Below are positions 30,373 to 50,329 of a DNA stretch of 64,000 bases, one piece after another. Under the pieces are notes generated by a model, which was not told the origin of the DNA, searched no databases, and worked only from the letters and a program-made list of their open reading frames with translations. Position 1 is the stretch's first letter. Each line of letters opens with the position of its first letter. A program made the translations under genes and the position numbers. The stretch is taken from the NCBI RefSeq assembly GCF_009914755.1, contig NC_060929.1; one strand, given 5' to 3'. The stretch comes from the human T2T-CHM13v2.0 reference genome, Homo sapiens.

Positions 30373-33300
30373 ATCGAAATTCACATAAATCTATACCCCC
30401 AGCTCAGACTCTGATGCCGCAGGCTTGTATTCCTTGTTATTTCTTTACGCCTGTTTTGGAAGCCCCCAGACAATTCTAAATCCAGTCTTACTCAACTTGA
30501 GCATTCCTTATCTTGGTTAATGGCCGCCGGAAAAAATAGTTTAGTACAATGCAGAAATTTTATCTTAGAATAAATTTTATTTTTTCTTGCTTCCTTTCTT
30601 CATCTTCTTCCTTTTTTCCTCCCTTCTTTCTTAATCATAACCCTAAGCCTAAATCTATCCAGGTGAGTGAATACTTCATGTCATATAACTTGTCACCCTC
30701 TACATCAGCATCCCCCCTTCCCAGGAGAATTGCATCTTCCCTTTCACTTTGCTCAGCAGAGGTTTCCAGGTAAGTCCATCCAGAAAGATTCTCCTGGTGT
30801 TCCCCAGATTTTAAGGAAATGCATATTCCTCTCACAAGGCTGCTTATTGGTTCAAATTAGCACCATGACATTCATGAATTCTGTTACACTGTTAAATCAG
30901 AATTCTGCATTCAGAATCCTAAGTTCATAATGTCCCAAATCACCACTGATTTCTTCCCACAGGAAAGACACACACACGTAATTGTTAGTCAAGAGTTTAT
31001 CAGGAGCTCTTGGAATGCGTCAGTGAATACAGCCCTAAATTACTAGAAGCAAATGGAACCAGGAAGAAGAAAGTCTGCAAAGTAACAGGAAAGAGAACAT
31101 GTGTGGAGGTGCATTGGAGTGATAGTCACATGGCTCCTCAGTACCCTGCAGGGTCTAGTGTATCCTGGGTTTTAAAATCTATCAAACATTTGTGGACAAT
31201 GTTTTACAAAAAAAAAAAAAAAAAAACCAGAAACAAACAAGAAAACTTTCAGCTACACAGTGAATGTAAACCAGAGGCTAGACAGGAAGGGGGAATTTTC
31301 AATCCCAGAGACCAACAGCAAATGGTTCATTTTTTTTTAGGTGAACCTAGTGACCTAGTGGAGTCCTGCTTTGGCACCAAGCATAATTCTTCACTTTCTA
31401 ATTCCAGGTGACTTACCCTGGGGCATTTTTGCCTTTTACTTTCTGTCCAGCCTCCTCTATAGTCTTTGTTTTTACCTACTCTACTAGACTTACTGGTTAT
31501 AAGGGTTAAATTTTTTTCTTAGCCTAAAATCAAGAGTCATTACCTGACAAAGAAGCAGATTGTTAAAACCAAGAGTTTCTCTGTATCTGGAAAGTATTAA
31601 TATGGATTCCTGCCTCCTAATTCATTAGTTGCACAGCTTCTGGCAACATAGCCTCAACTCCCACCTCAGCCTCCCAAAGTGATGGGATTACAGGCATGAG
31701 CCACCACACCCAGTCTTTTAATATATTTATTGTCTCTTCATTAACAAATACTAAGTGTCTATATTGTGCTACATAGTGATCAAGGTCCCAGAGATAAGTG
31801 ATCAACAAGCAGACATGGACTTGGTCATAAAGTGTTTGACACCTTCATGGGTTGAAAAAAATAGTAAACATGACAACAAATAAATAAATAAATAAACTGT
31901 TTATATGATAAACGCTATTAAGAAACTTAATGCAAGTTAGTTGGAAAGGTAACTAGGAGGATGCTATATTAGGTAGTGTAGTAAGGATAGAATTATCAGA
32001 GATACTTTCACTTTGATATGAATAATGCAATGAACAAAGAAAAAAAATCTGAGCCAGACACAGTGACTCACACCTGTAATCTTAGCACATTGGGAGGCAG
32101 ATACAGTAGGATCACTTGAGGCCAGCCTTGCCAACTGTAGGGAGACCCCCTGAAACTATTGCTACAGAATAAATGATGAAATGCTCCTGATTATTGTAAA
32201 TACAAAATTGCATGCAGGATTGTGTAAAGGCAATGCCAGGTTGGACTGCCAGAATGAGCCAACAGTGTGTGATGTGCTTCCCCCTGCAGAAAGCCTATGA
32301 ACGGACGTGCAGTCAGGGAGGTTTCACTTCACCAAGATTCCTATCCCAGAAAAGCAGATGTTCATAGTTCTGGGAATGGAATGTGACCCTTGTGGAGAGC
32401 CTATAAACAGATGCATGAGGGGCGCCTGTTCATATGGATAAGATAGGGCTGTAAATGCCCTCATCTTGCCATGGTTCTTCCAGGCTTCTTTAGGTTAAGG
32501 CATACTCCCTTCTGAGAATTTCTGGTCTAACCGGTTGTCTAGCTTCACATCCTGTTTCTATTGATTGTTTGTAACCAGCTTTTGCTGCAACTGTTACTAC
32601 TGATTAATATCTTGCTAATCGAGGGGGTGGAGCCAAGATGGCCGAATAGGAACAGCTCCAATCTACAGCTCGCAGCGTGAGCAATGCAGAAGACAGGTGA
32701 CTTCTGCATTTCCAACTGAGGTACCGGGTTCATCTCACTGGGGAGTGTCGGAAAGTGGGTGCAGGACAGTGGGTGCAGTGCACCGAGCGTGAGCTGAAGG
32801 AGGGTGAGGCATCACCTCAACCGGGAAGTGCAAGGGGTCAGGGAATTCCCTTTCCTAGTCAAAGAAAGGGGTGACAGACAGCACCTGGAAAATCAGGTCA
32901 CTCCCACCCTAATACCGCGCTTTTCCAACGGCACTTGGAAAATCGGGTCACTCCCACCCTAATACTGAACTTTTCCAATGGTCTTAGCAAACGGCACACC
33001 AGGACATTATACCCCGCATCTGGCTCAGAGGGTCCTATGCCCACGGAGCCTCGCTCATTGCTAGCACAGTAGTCTGAGATCAAACTGCAAGGTGGCAGCG
33101 AGGCTGGGGGAGGGGCGCCTGCCATTACCAAGGCTTGAGTAGGTAAACAAAGCCGCCGGGAAGCTCAAACAGGGTGGAGCCCACTGCAGCTCAAGGAGGC
33201 CTGCCTGCCTCTGTAGACTCCACCTCTGGGGGCAGGGCACAGCCAAACAAAAGGCAGCAGAATCCTCTGCAGACTTAAATGTCCCTGTCTGACAGCACTG

Positions 33301-33700
33301 AAGACAGTAGTGGTACTCCCAGCATGCAGCTGGACATCTGAGAACAGACAGACTGCCTCCTCAAGTGGGTCGCTGACCCCTGGGTAGCCTAAGTGGGAGG
33401 CACCACCCAGTAGGGGCAGACTGACACCTCATACGGCCAGGTACTCCTCTGAGAGAAAACTTACAGAGGAACGATCAGGCACCAACATCTCCTGTTCACC
33501 AATATCCGCTATTCTGCAGCCTCTGCTGCTGATACCCAGGCAAACAGGGTCTGCAGTGGACCTCCAGAAAACTCCAACAGACCTGCAGCTGAGGGTCCTG
33601 ACAGTTAGAAGGAAAACTAACAAACAGAAAGGACATCCACACCAAAACCCCATCTGTACGTCACCATCAACAAAGACCAAAGGTAGATAAAACCACAAAG

Positions 33701-34715
33701 ATGAGGAAAAAACAGAGCAGAAAAACTGGAAACTCTAAAATCAGAGCACCTTTCCTCCTCCAAAGGAACGCAGCTCCTCACCAGCAACGGAACAAAGCTG
33801 GAGGGAGAATGACTTTGACGAGTTGAGAGAAGAAGGCTTCAGATGATCAAACTACTCCGAGCTAAACAAGGAAGTTCAAACCCATGGCAAAGAAGTTAAA
33901 AACCTTGAAAAAAAATTAGACAAATGGCTAACTAGAAAAACCAATGCAGAGAAGTCCTTAAAGGACCTGATGGAGCTGAAAGCCAAGGCTCAAGAACCAC
34001 GTGAAGAATGCAGAAGCCTCAGCAGCCGATGCGATCAACTGGAAGAAAGGGTATCAGTGATGGAAGATCAAATGAATGAAATGAAGTGAGAAGAAAAGTT
34101 TAGAGAAAAAAGAATAAAAAGAAACGAACAAAGCCTCCAAGAAATATGGGACTATGTGAAAACACCAAATCTACCTATGATTGGTGTACCTGAAAGTACG
34201 GGGAGAATGGAACCAAGTTGGAAAACACTCTGCAGGATATTATCCAGGAGAACTTCCCCAATCTAGCAAGGCAGGTCAACATTCAAATTCAGGAAATACA
34301 GAGAACGCCACAAAGATACTCCTCGAGAAGAGCAACTCCAAGACTCATAATTGTCAGATTCACCAAAGTTGAAATGAAGGAAAAAATGTTCAGGGCAGCC
34401 AGAGAGAAAGGTCGGGTTACCCAAAAAGGGAAGCCCATCAGACTAACAGCTGATCTCTTGGCAGAAACTCTACAAGCCAGAAGAGAGTGGGGGCCAATAT
34501 TCAACATTCCTAAAGAAAAGAATTTTCAACCCAGAATCTCATATCCAGCCAAACTAAGCTTCATAAGTGAAGGAGAAATAAAATACTTTACAGACAAGCA
34601 AATGCTGAGATATTTTGTCACCACCAGGCCTGCCCTAAAAGAGCTCCTGAAGGAAGCACTAAACATGGAAAGGAAAAACCGGTGCCAGCCACAGCAAAAA
34701 CATGCCAAATTATAA
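33701..34715 (+). pseudogene. L1 ORF1p, disrupted
   Basis: ORF1 C-terminal peptide ENTLQDIIQENFPNLARQ...; internal stops and frameshift upstream. Confidence 0.93.
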
Positions 34716-34778
34716 AGACCATCAAGGCTAGGAAGAAACTGCATTAACTAACGAGCAAAATAACCAGCTAACATCATA

Positions 34779-38601
<3,823 letters not shown>

Positions 38602-39133
38602 ACAGTGAGAACACATGGACACAGGAAGGGGAACATCACACATGGGGGCCTGTTATGGGGTGGGGGTAGGGGGGAGGGATAGCATTGGGAGATATACCTA
38701 ATGTTAAATGACGAGTTGATGGGTGCAGCACACCAACATGGCACACGTATACGTATGTAACTAATCTGCACGTTGTTCACATGTACCCTAAAACTTAAAG
38801 TATAATAAAAAAAATCTTGCTAATCATAGGTTATGGAAAGACTGTGTTTCTGTTTTAAGGCTCTGTTAGAAATTAGTGATGCACACACTATATTGTAAAT
38901 TCTTATCTCTGTATACTGTACTTCTGCATACCGATGTTATGTTAAAGAATTACTTTATCCCCACGTGAACATCTCACCTCATAATCAAACGACCCTAATC
39001 CCTCACTAACCTACCCCCACCCTCACTAAACTTAATAATAAATGCTGGTATATCCAGTGCATTGGTGGCATCGCAGGACCAGAGGTGGTGACCCCCCTGG
39101 ACCCAGCTTTCACTATTTTGTGTGTGTCTATTA

Positions 39134-39790
<657 letters not shown>

Positions 39791-40207
39791 TATTACAGCC
39801 ATGAACAGAGATTAAAACAAAAATAGTCGCTTTCAGTGACCCAAGTGGGAGGTATCTAGACTAAAACAATCTTCTAGTCTTCTGCCCAAGATGGCCTGCT
39901 GGCCTCCAGGCAAACAGTTTTGATTTAGTTTTGATTGAATTGTTTAATTACTGATGATACAATGCCCACATGCATGATATTGACTCTATAAATTATGAGG
40001 TTGGCCAAAGATATAGCCAAGGCATTTTTAAGGAAGCTGTAACTGATGATGCTTGATGGTGTGTTCTACATTTTCTCCCTATGTATATCAGATTAGTTGA
40101 CCCCTATATAAGCTGACCTCTTTATCCTCTAGGTTATGACACACTAATCTTCCAGGATATAACAGAAAATAAAGTGTAAAAGCAAAATACTCTAGGCAAT
40201 TATTTAA

Positions 40208-40807
<600 letters not shown>

Positions 40808-42136
40808 TTAGTTAATTAAAGGTCTCTTTCACTGTTACTGGAGGCCACTAGAACTTAGATTTAAGTATAGTAGTATAATTCTAGTATGTGTAAATCAAGA
40901 TTCTTTAATAAAGCATCACCAGCCTTAGCAGTTTTTGTCTAGGGTAGCTGAAAAGAACTAGTACATTCCTTTGCACAGTTTGGAGGGAGAGGCAGGTCTG
41001 CATTAATGGCTGGACAGCAGGTCTTTGCCTGGGTAACATGGATCCCCTTTGGGAACTGTCACTCCTATGTGTGTTATACCCATCCAGAGCACTGCCGACT
41101 CTCTACAATGCAAGTTTCCATTCACTGTTCACTCCTAGAGAGACGTATCCAAGCTACATGCTCAAAGAAATGATAAAGCTAGTTTTCTGGGATCACCACT
41201 GGTGCTTTTCCAGTAATTACTGGCAGGTAGGGGTTGCTCCTGCTCCCAAGATCCACTCTCCAGACACCCAGAGTCCATAAACCTTTCACCTAACGAGAAC
41301 TTTCAATCTTCTGCCTTCTATATCTATTATGTCATTCTTATTGCTTCATTATTTTTTCCTTTAGTTTTCTATAGTTGTATATTTTCCTCACTTCAAGTAA
41401 AAAAAAAAAACATGGCTTTGAAGGGAAGCATCACATTCAGACCTTGTCTTTCTGGTCTTCAAATCAGCTCCTGCAATAAACACTGAGTTAGCTGTGTTCT
41501 GAATGGCCTCTTGACAGCGTCTTTACTCACTCATCAGTTAGAGTTGTGAAAGCTGCAGCTAGTGTCTCATCTTTGTATTTGTGGCTCCCTTTACAGCACC
41601 TGGAACATGGTAGGGTATCAAAACATGCTTACTAAATGTTGGGATCAATCAGATTTTATAATAGTAAACAATAATATTTGATTAAGTAATTATATAATCT
41701 TATCCATTGATGCTTTGTAAATAGCATGTTTGAATCAAAGGAATTTCTATTTCACAATGGATATGAGAAGGAAAAAAATAATCCACAGAAAGAACACAAC
41801 AAAGAATGATCCATTTTACATTTGTTCTGATTAAGGTTATCTTTCATTCCATGATAAAATCCACAATGATAATATTGTTAAAAACTGAGCAAATTACTTT
41901 CAACCAGATACTGTCTAAACATTAACTTTTGTTATGAAAAGTATTCCTGGTATTTACTTTGTAAAATGAGAGCACATTTGGCTTCCATTTCAGAGGTGGT
42001 TAATAAAGGCTACAGGGTTAGATAACATGTTGAGGGTCACTCATCTAGAAAGGCATATAACCTGTCTGTAACTTAGCCACTGGGTCCTGAGCCTTTAGCT
42101 TTTTGCTATTGTACACAAAAATGCTAAAATCTTTTT

Positions 42137-42452
42137 TGTTTTTTTTGGTTTTTTTTTTGAGACAGGGTCTCACTCCATTGCTCAGGCTGGAGTACAGTGG
42201 CTCAATCTCAGCTAACTGCATCCTCAACTTTCTGGGCTCAGATAATTCTCCTGCCTCAGTCTTCCCGCCTCAGTCTTTTGAGTAGCTGGGACTACAGGCA
42301 CAGGCCACCACACCTGAATAATTTTTGCATTTTTTGTAGAGACAGGCTTTCGCCATGTTGTCCAGGCTGGTCTCCAACTCCTGGGCTCAAGTGATCTGCC
42401 TGTGTTGGCCTCACAAAGTGTTGAGATTACAGGTGTGAGCCACTGCACCTGA
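42137..42452 (-). mobile_element. AluJ
   Basis: Alu consensus, J-type. Confidence 0.85.
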
Positions 42453-42657
42453 CTGAAATCTTCTTAATATAACAATTCAGTAGAAGACAAAACTGGGAGA
42501 GTGAAAGACCACACCAACAATGGGCAACTATCCTTACCCTGCTCCTCAATAACATCCCAAATCATACCTTGCACATTCCCCCCAAGCTTTTCTCTGCTGG
42601 TAGACAAGGTTTCAGTCTCTGCTCTTAAGACAAGCAATGTGATTTTGGCAATAATGA

Positions 42658-43011
<354 letters not shown>

Positions 43012-43253
43012 CTTTTTCCTTTCATCTGCTAAACCCATCTGTCACTAATCTAGATAATTTCATCCCAGATGATAGGATTTTATGTTAATATCATTAATTC
43101 CATTTTCTGAGGAAATTTTCTCCTAAGACTAAAGTCACACGCAGTTTCTGTTATCTGGCTAGAACCACTCAAGGGAGCAGAAGACTATAAAAACACAAAT
43201 ACTGGTGATTTCTGAGTTCCAGATACTCTGTCACTAGTTGTGAGATGGATGCA

Positions 43254-43378
43254 ATGAAGCAGCACTTTCCTTCTGGGGTGCAGCAGGCCTGGGATTCAAC
43301 AGACCAGGCTCTAGGACTCCAGAGGCTACCAACCCTGAGCCCAGGCCATTGTGTGCCTTGTCTGCTCCCTTGTATGTT
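43254..43378 (+). pseudogene. ANXA2R-family type R copy R3 (N-terminal 40 codons, then truncated)
   Basis: MKQHFPSGVQQAWDSTDQALGLQRLPTLSPGHCVPCLLPC versus recalled ANXA2R MEQHFLGCVKRAWDSAEVAPEPQPPPIVSSEDRGPWPLPL; TATAAAA at 43186-43192. Confidence 0.8.
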
Positions 43379-43476
43379 ATTGCACACATACACCCAAATT
43401 CTGCAATACTTTAAATTTAGCAATTCAACAGTAGATGACAAAACTGGGAGAGTGAAAGACCACAGTAAGAACTGGG

Positions 43477-44380
<904 letters not shown>

Positions 44381-44797
44381 AGGTCAACATATCACAGAAT
44401 AATAATATAATGAAACACCACAAAAATGATCTTTTGATTTAAAAAATGGGCAACTACTCTGGCCTCCTCCTTAGTAACATCCCCATCTTTAGGCATCTGA
44501 CAAGCATTGCTCTGGGGCAGAAACGAATCCAGTCTGCTCCAGTACTAGCAATGCATTTGGAGGCAATAATGAACGTTCTAACCAGGGTCCCCCAAAACAG
44601 CTTTCCTTGCACAAGAAGTCAGTACTTTTTCTTTTCAATTTCTAAAGCAAAGTGTTTAACTAGATAACTTCATCCCAGATGATAGGACTTTACGTGAATC
44701 TCATTAATTCCATGTCTTGATGTAATTTGCTCCTAAGATTAAGGTTCCCACCCACCTCCCTGTAATCTAATTTGGACCGCTCATGAGACCAGAAGAG

Positions 44798-44804
44798 TAT
44801 AAAA
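44798..44804 (+). promoter_or_regulatory. TATA box of copy R4
   Basis: TATAAAA 70 nt upstream of ATG 44868; homologous to 43186-43192. Confidence 0.55.
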
Positions 44805-44867
44805 ACGCAAAAGATGTTGATTTCTGAGTCCCAGATACCCGGTGTCAGCTGGTGAAAGAAGGACGCG

Positions 44868-45386
44868 ATGAAGTTGCTGTCTCCCCTCGGAGTTTGGCAG
44901 GCCCCGGATTCCACAAAGGAGTAGGCGCGGCCAGCCGCCTCCAGCCCTGAGCTCAGTAAATTCGGTGTCCTGAATGCTCCCTTCCTGTCCTTACCACTGC
45001 GAGCTCTCTTGGGACAGCTTTCTAGGTTCCACTGCGACCTACTTTCCGCTCCCTGAGTGCTTCTTTGCTGAAACTGCAGGCGAAAAGATCTCTTTCCCAG
45101 ACCGCAGCGCACTTTGAGAAGGGGCTCAAAGTCGCCCGCTCTGAATCCGGCACCGGCAAATAGGAGTAGCCGCAGGCGCCCTCTGGAGAGCTGGAGACTG
45201 CAGAGGGTCCCAACGGACGCCTGCCCCCGCAGCATCCCTCTCAACTCGCCCCTTGCTTCGTGGACAGACGACTGGGGCCGGAGACGTCCGTCCGAGGAGA
45301 CCTTTCAGAGTGTCAGCCTACTACTGTCCCGCCGAAGCCACCAACCGAAGTTCCAAGACTGCTGGCTGCAGATTGCATGCGCTTGA
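44868..45386 (+). pseudogene. ANXA2R-family type R copy R4: near full-length, CpG-rich, several stops and frameshifts
   Basis: MKLLSPLGVWQAPDSTKE*; shifted frame QPPPALSSVNSVS*MLPSCP~QPPPIVSSEDRGPWPLPLYP; IPLNSPLASW~LPWSSPLHPW; HQPKFQDCW~HLPGFSDCL. AATAAA at 45572-45577. Confidence 0.82.
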
Positions 45387-45592
45387 GGGCAGACGCCCTA
45401 AGAAGGTGTCCACCGCCGCCTTTGATGTCCTGAGCCCTGAGATTTTCTGAGATCCTTCCATTGACGATCGTCTTGTAACAGATGATGTTACAGTAACACC
45501 TGAGTTCTCTCAAACGCGATGGAAGAAGTTTTGCCTTCAAATCAGTTTGTGCCATTTTCTTTCCCCTTCTCAATAAAATTGTACACAAATGT

Positions 45593-45897
45593 GGCCGGGC
45601 GCGGTGGCTTACGCCGGTAATCCCAGCAATTTGGGAGGCCCAGTCGGGTGGATCACTTGAGGTCAGAAGTTCGAGAACAGCCTGACCAACATGGTGAAAC
45701 CCCGTCGCTAGTAAAAATACAAAATAAGCCAGGCATGGTGACGCATGCCTGTAATCCCAACTACTCGGGAGGCTGAGGCAGGAGAATCGCTTGAACCCTG
45801 AGGCAGAGGTTGCAGTGAGCCGAGATGGTGTCATTGCACTCCAGCCTGGGCAACAAGAGCAAAACTCTGTCTCAAAAATATAAAATAAAATAAAATA
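45593..45897 (+). mobile_element. AluS
   Basis: Alu consensus; TSD acacaaatgt. Confidence 0.92.
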
Positions 45898-46199
45898 GGA
45901 CACAAATGTTAAATTTCTGTTACCTGGGTTCCTGCTGATGAAGGTAAGGACGGGGCATAGGAGCGGGGCGGCTGGTTGCTGGTGCCAGGACTGGCACGGG
46001 ACTCTGGGTCGCCTAGGTTTGCTGATTGCAGGGCAGAAGTAGTGTGTCTTATCCAGAGACTGGAGGGAAGGATCAGCCAGGAGTTGTGCATGGCAGGTGA
46101 CTCACAGGCTGGGCCTACAGGAAATGTGGTTAACAGGCAGCAGGCCTGAGAACTTAGTGCAGGAAATTCTCTTGTTCCAAGTCCCTGGAACTTTTCCCT

Positions 46200-47400
46200 C
46201 TGAGGGTTTGCACTGTTATATCTTGAGAGCTTGCTAAACTCACTCATGAGTGCTGGAACTTTTCTTTTAGACTCCTTAAGATTTTCTACATAGACTCATA
46301 TTCTGCAGGTATGGATATTTTCATTGTTTCGCTTCCAATTTTTATGATTTTTAACACATTTTCTCACCTTATTGCACTGGCAAACAATTCCAGTACATTG
46401 TTGAATAGAAATGGTGAGAGTGGATATTTGTGCCTTGTTCCTGATTCCATGGGAAAAACGTTGAGTCTGTCATTATTACATACAACGTTTGCTATAGGTT
46501 TTTGTAGATTTTTTTTGGTTGAGGAAATTCCCTCTGTTCCCATGATGCTGAGAGTTGGTTTTTAAATTTTAAATCATAAATGGTATAGATTTTAAGTGCT
46601 TTTTGTGCATCATTTGATAGGATTATACGGTGTTTCTCATCTAGGCTATCAATAAGGCAAATTATATTATTTGACTTTCGAGCATTAAACTAGCCCTCCA
46701 TCTGGAATAATCTTACTTGGGCGTGGTATTGTTCTTTATTTTTTTTGAGACGGAGTCTCGCTCTGTCGCCTAGGCTGGAGTGCAGTGGTGCGGTCTCGGC
46801 TCACTGCAAGCTCCGCCTTCCGGGTTGACGCCATTCTCCTGCCTCAGCCTCCCAAGTAGCTGGGACTACAGGCACCCACTACCACCCCCGGCTAATTTTT
46901 TGTATTTTTTTTTTTAGTAGAGACAGGGTATCACTGTGTTAGCCAAAATGGTCTCGATCTCCTAACCTCGTGATCCGCCGGCCTCGGCCTCCCAAAGTGC
47001 TGGGATTACAGGCGTGAACCACTGCGCCTGGCCCAAGGCATGGTATTGTTCTTTAACATATATTTCTGACTGCCATTTGTTAGTATTTTGGTGAGGATTT
47101 CTGCATCTATGCTTTGGTGCAATATTGGTCAGTAGCTTTCTCTTAGCGTACTGTGTGTGCCAGGAAAGTGCTGATCTCATAAAATAAATTGGGAAGTATT
47201 CCATATTCTTTTATTTACTAGAATAAGTCATGTAGAATTCATCTTATATATTCTTTAAATATTTGGTAAAAATTAGTCAATGAAATTGTAAGAAACTCTA
47301 AGTTTGTTTTTTGGAAGATTTTTTGACCATGAATTCAATATCATTAACGATGACTGTGGATCTTGCAGGGTTGATCCATTCTATCTAACTTGTTGAATTT
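46200..47400 (-). mobile_element. Old L1 (L1M) ORF2 fragment with inserted AluY (46735-47033)
   Basis: ttgaatagaaatggtgagagtggatat..., typical antisense L1 ORF2; Alu TSD g[c/a][g/a]tggtattgttcttta. Confidence 0.8.
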
Positions 47401-47446
47401 ATGAGTATAGAGTTGGTTTTAGATCATTTAAAAAAGTTACCATTGT

Positions 47447-49935
<2,489 letters not shown>

Positions 49936-50329
49936 TTAATATTTAGTGTGCATTTCCTAAGAACAGGGATATTGTCTTACATAAGCTTACACAGTAGCAC
50001 AGTACAGTTATCAATTGCAGGAAATTTAACCTTACTATAATACACTTCAGCATCAGCCTGGGTATTTATGTCTCCGGAGCTCGTGGGCGGAGGCAAGCCA
50101 AATATGAAACTCAATAGTAATAAATGCACTAAAATTAGTACACAAATTAAAAACGATAAAATTTTAGAAAGTACATAGAACCAAAACAAACCGTAATTCC
50201 GACGGAAAAACAGCGAGAAAAGAAAACGAAATGAAACTGACACTAAGCAGACCGTATAGAGAAGTAGGCCTACAGAACGCAGGGATTAAAGAGAGCTTCA
50301 GAGGCCAAGAACCACCTGTGTCCGGGAAA

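Noticed and set aside
30635-30950. Possible additional ANXA2R-like relic on the - strand (QPCER...PG; DADVEGD)
   Set aside because: Matches are too short and out of register to support.
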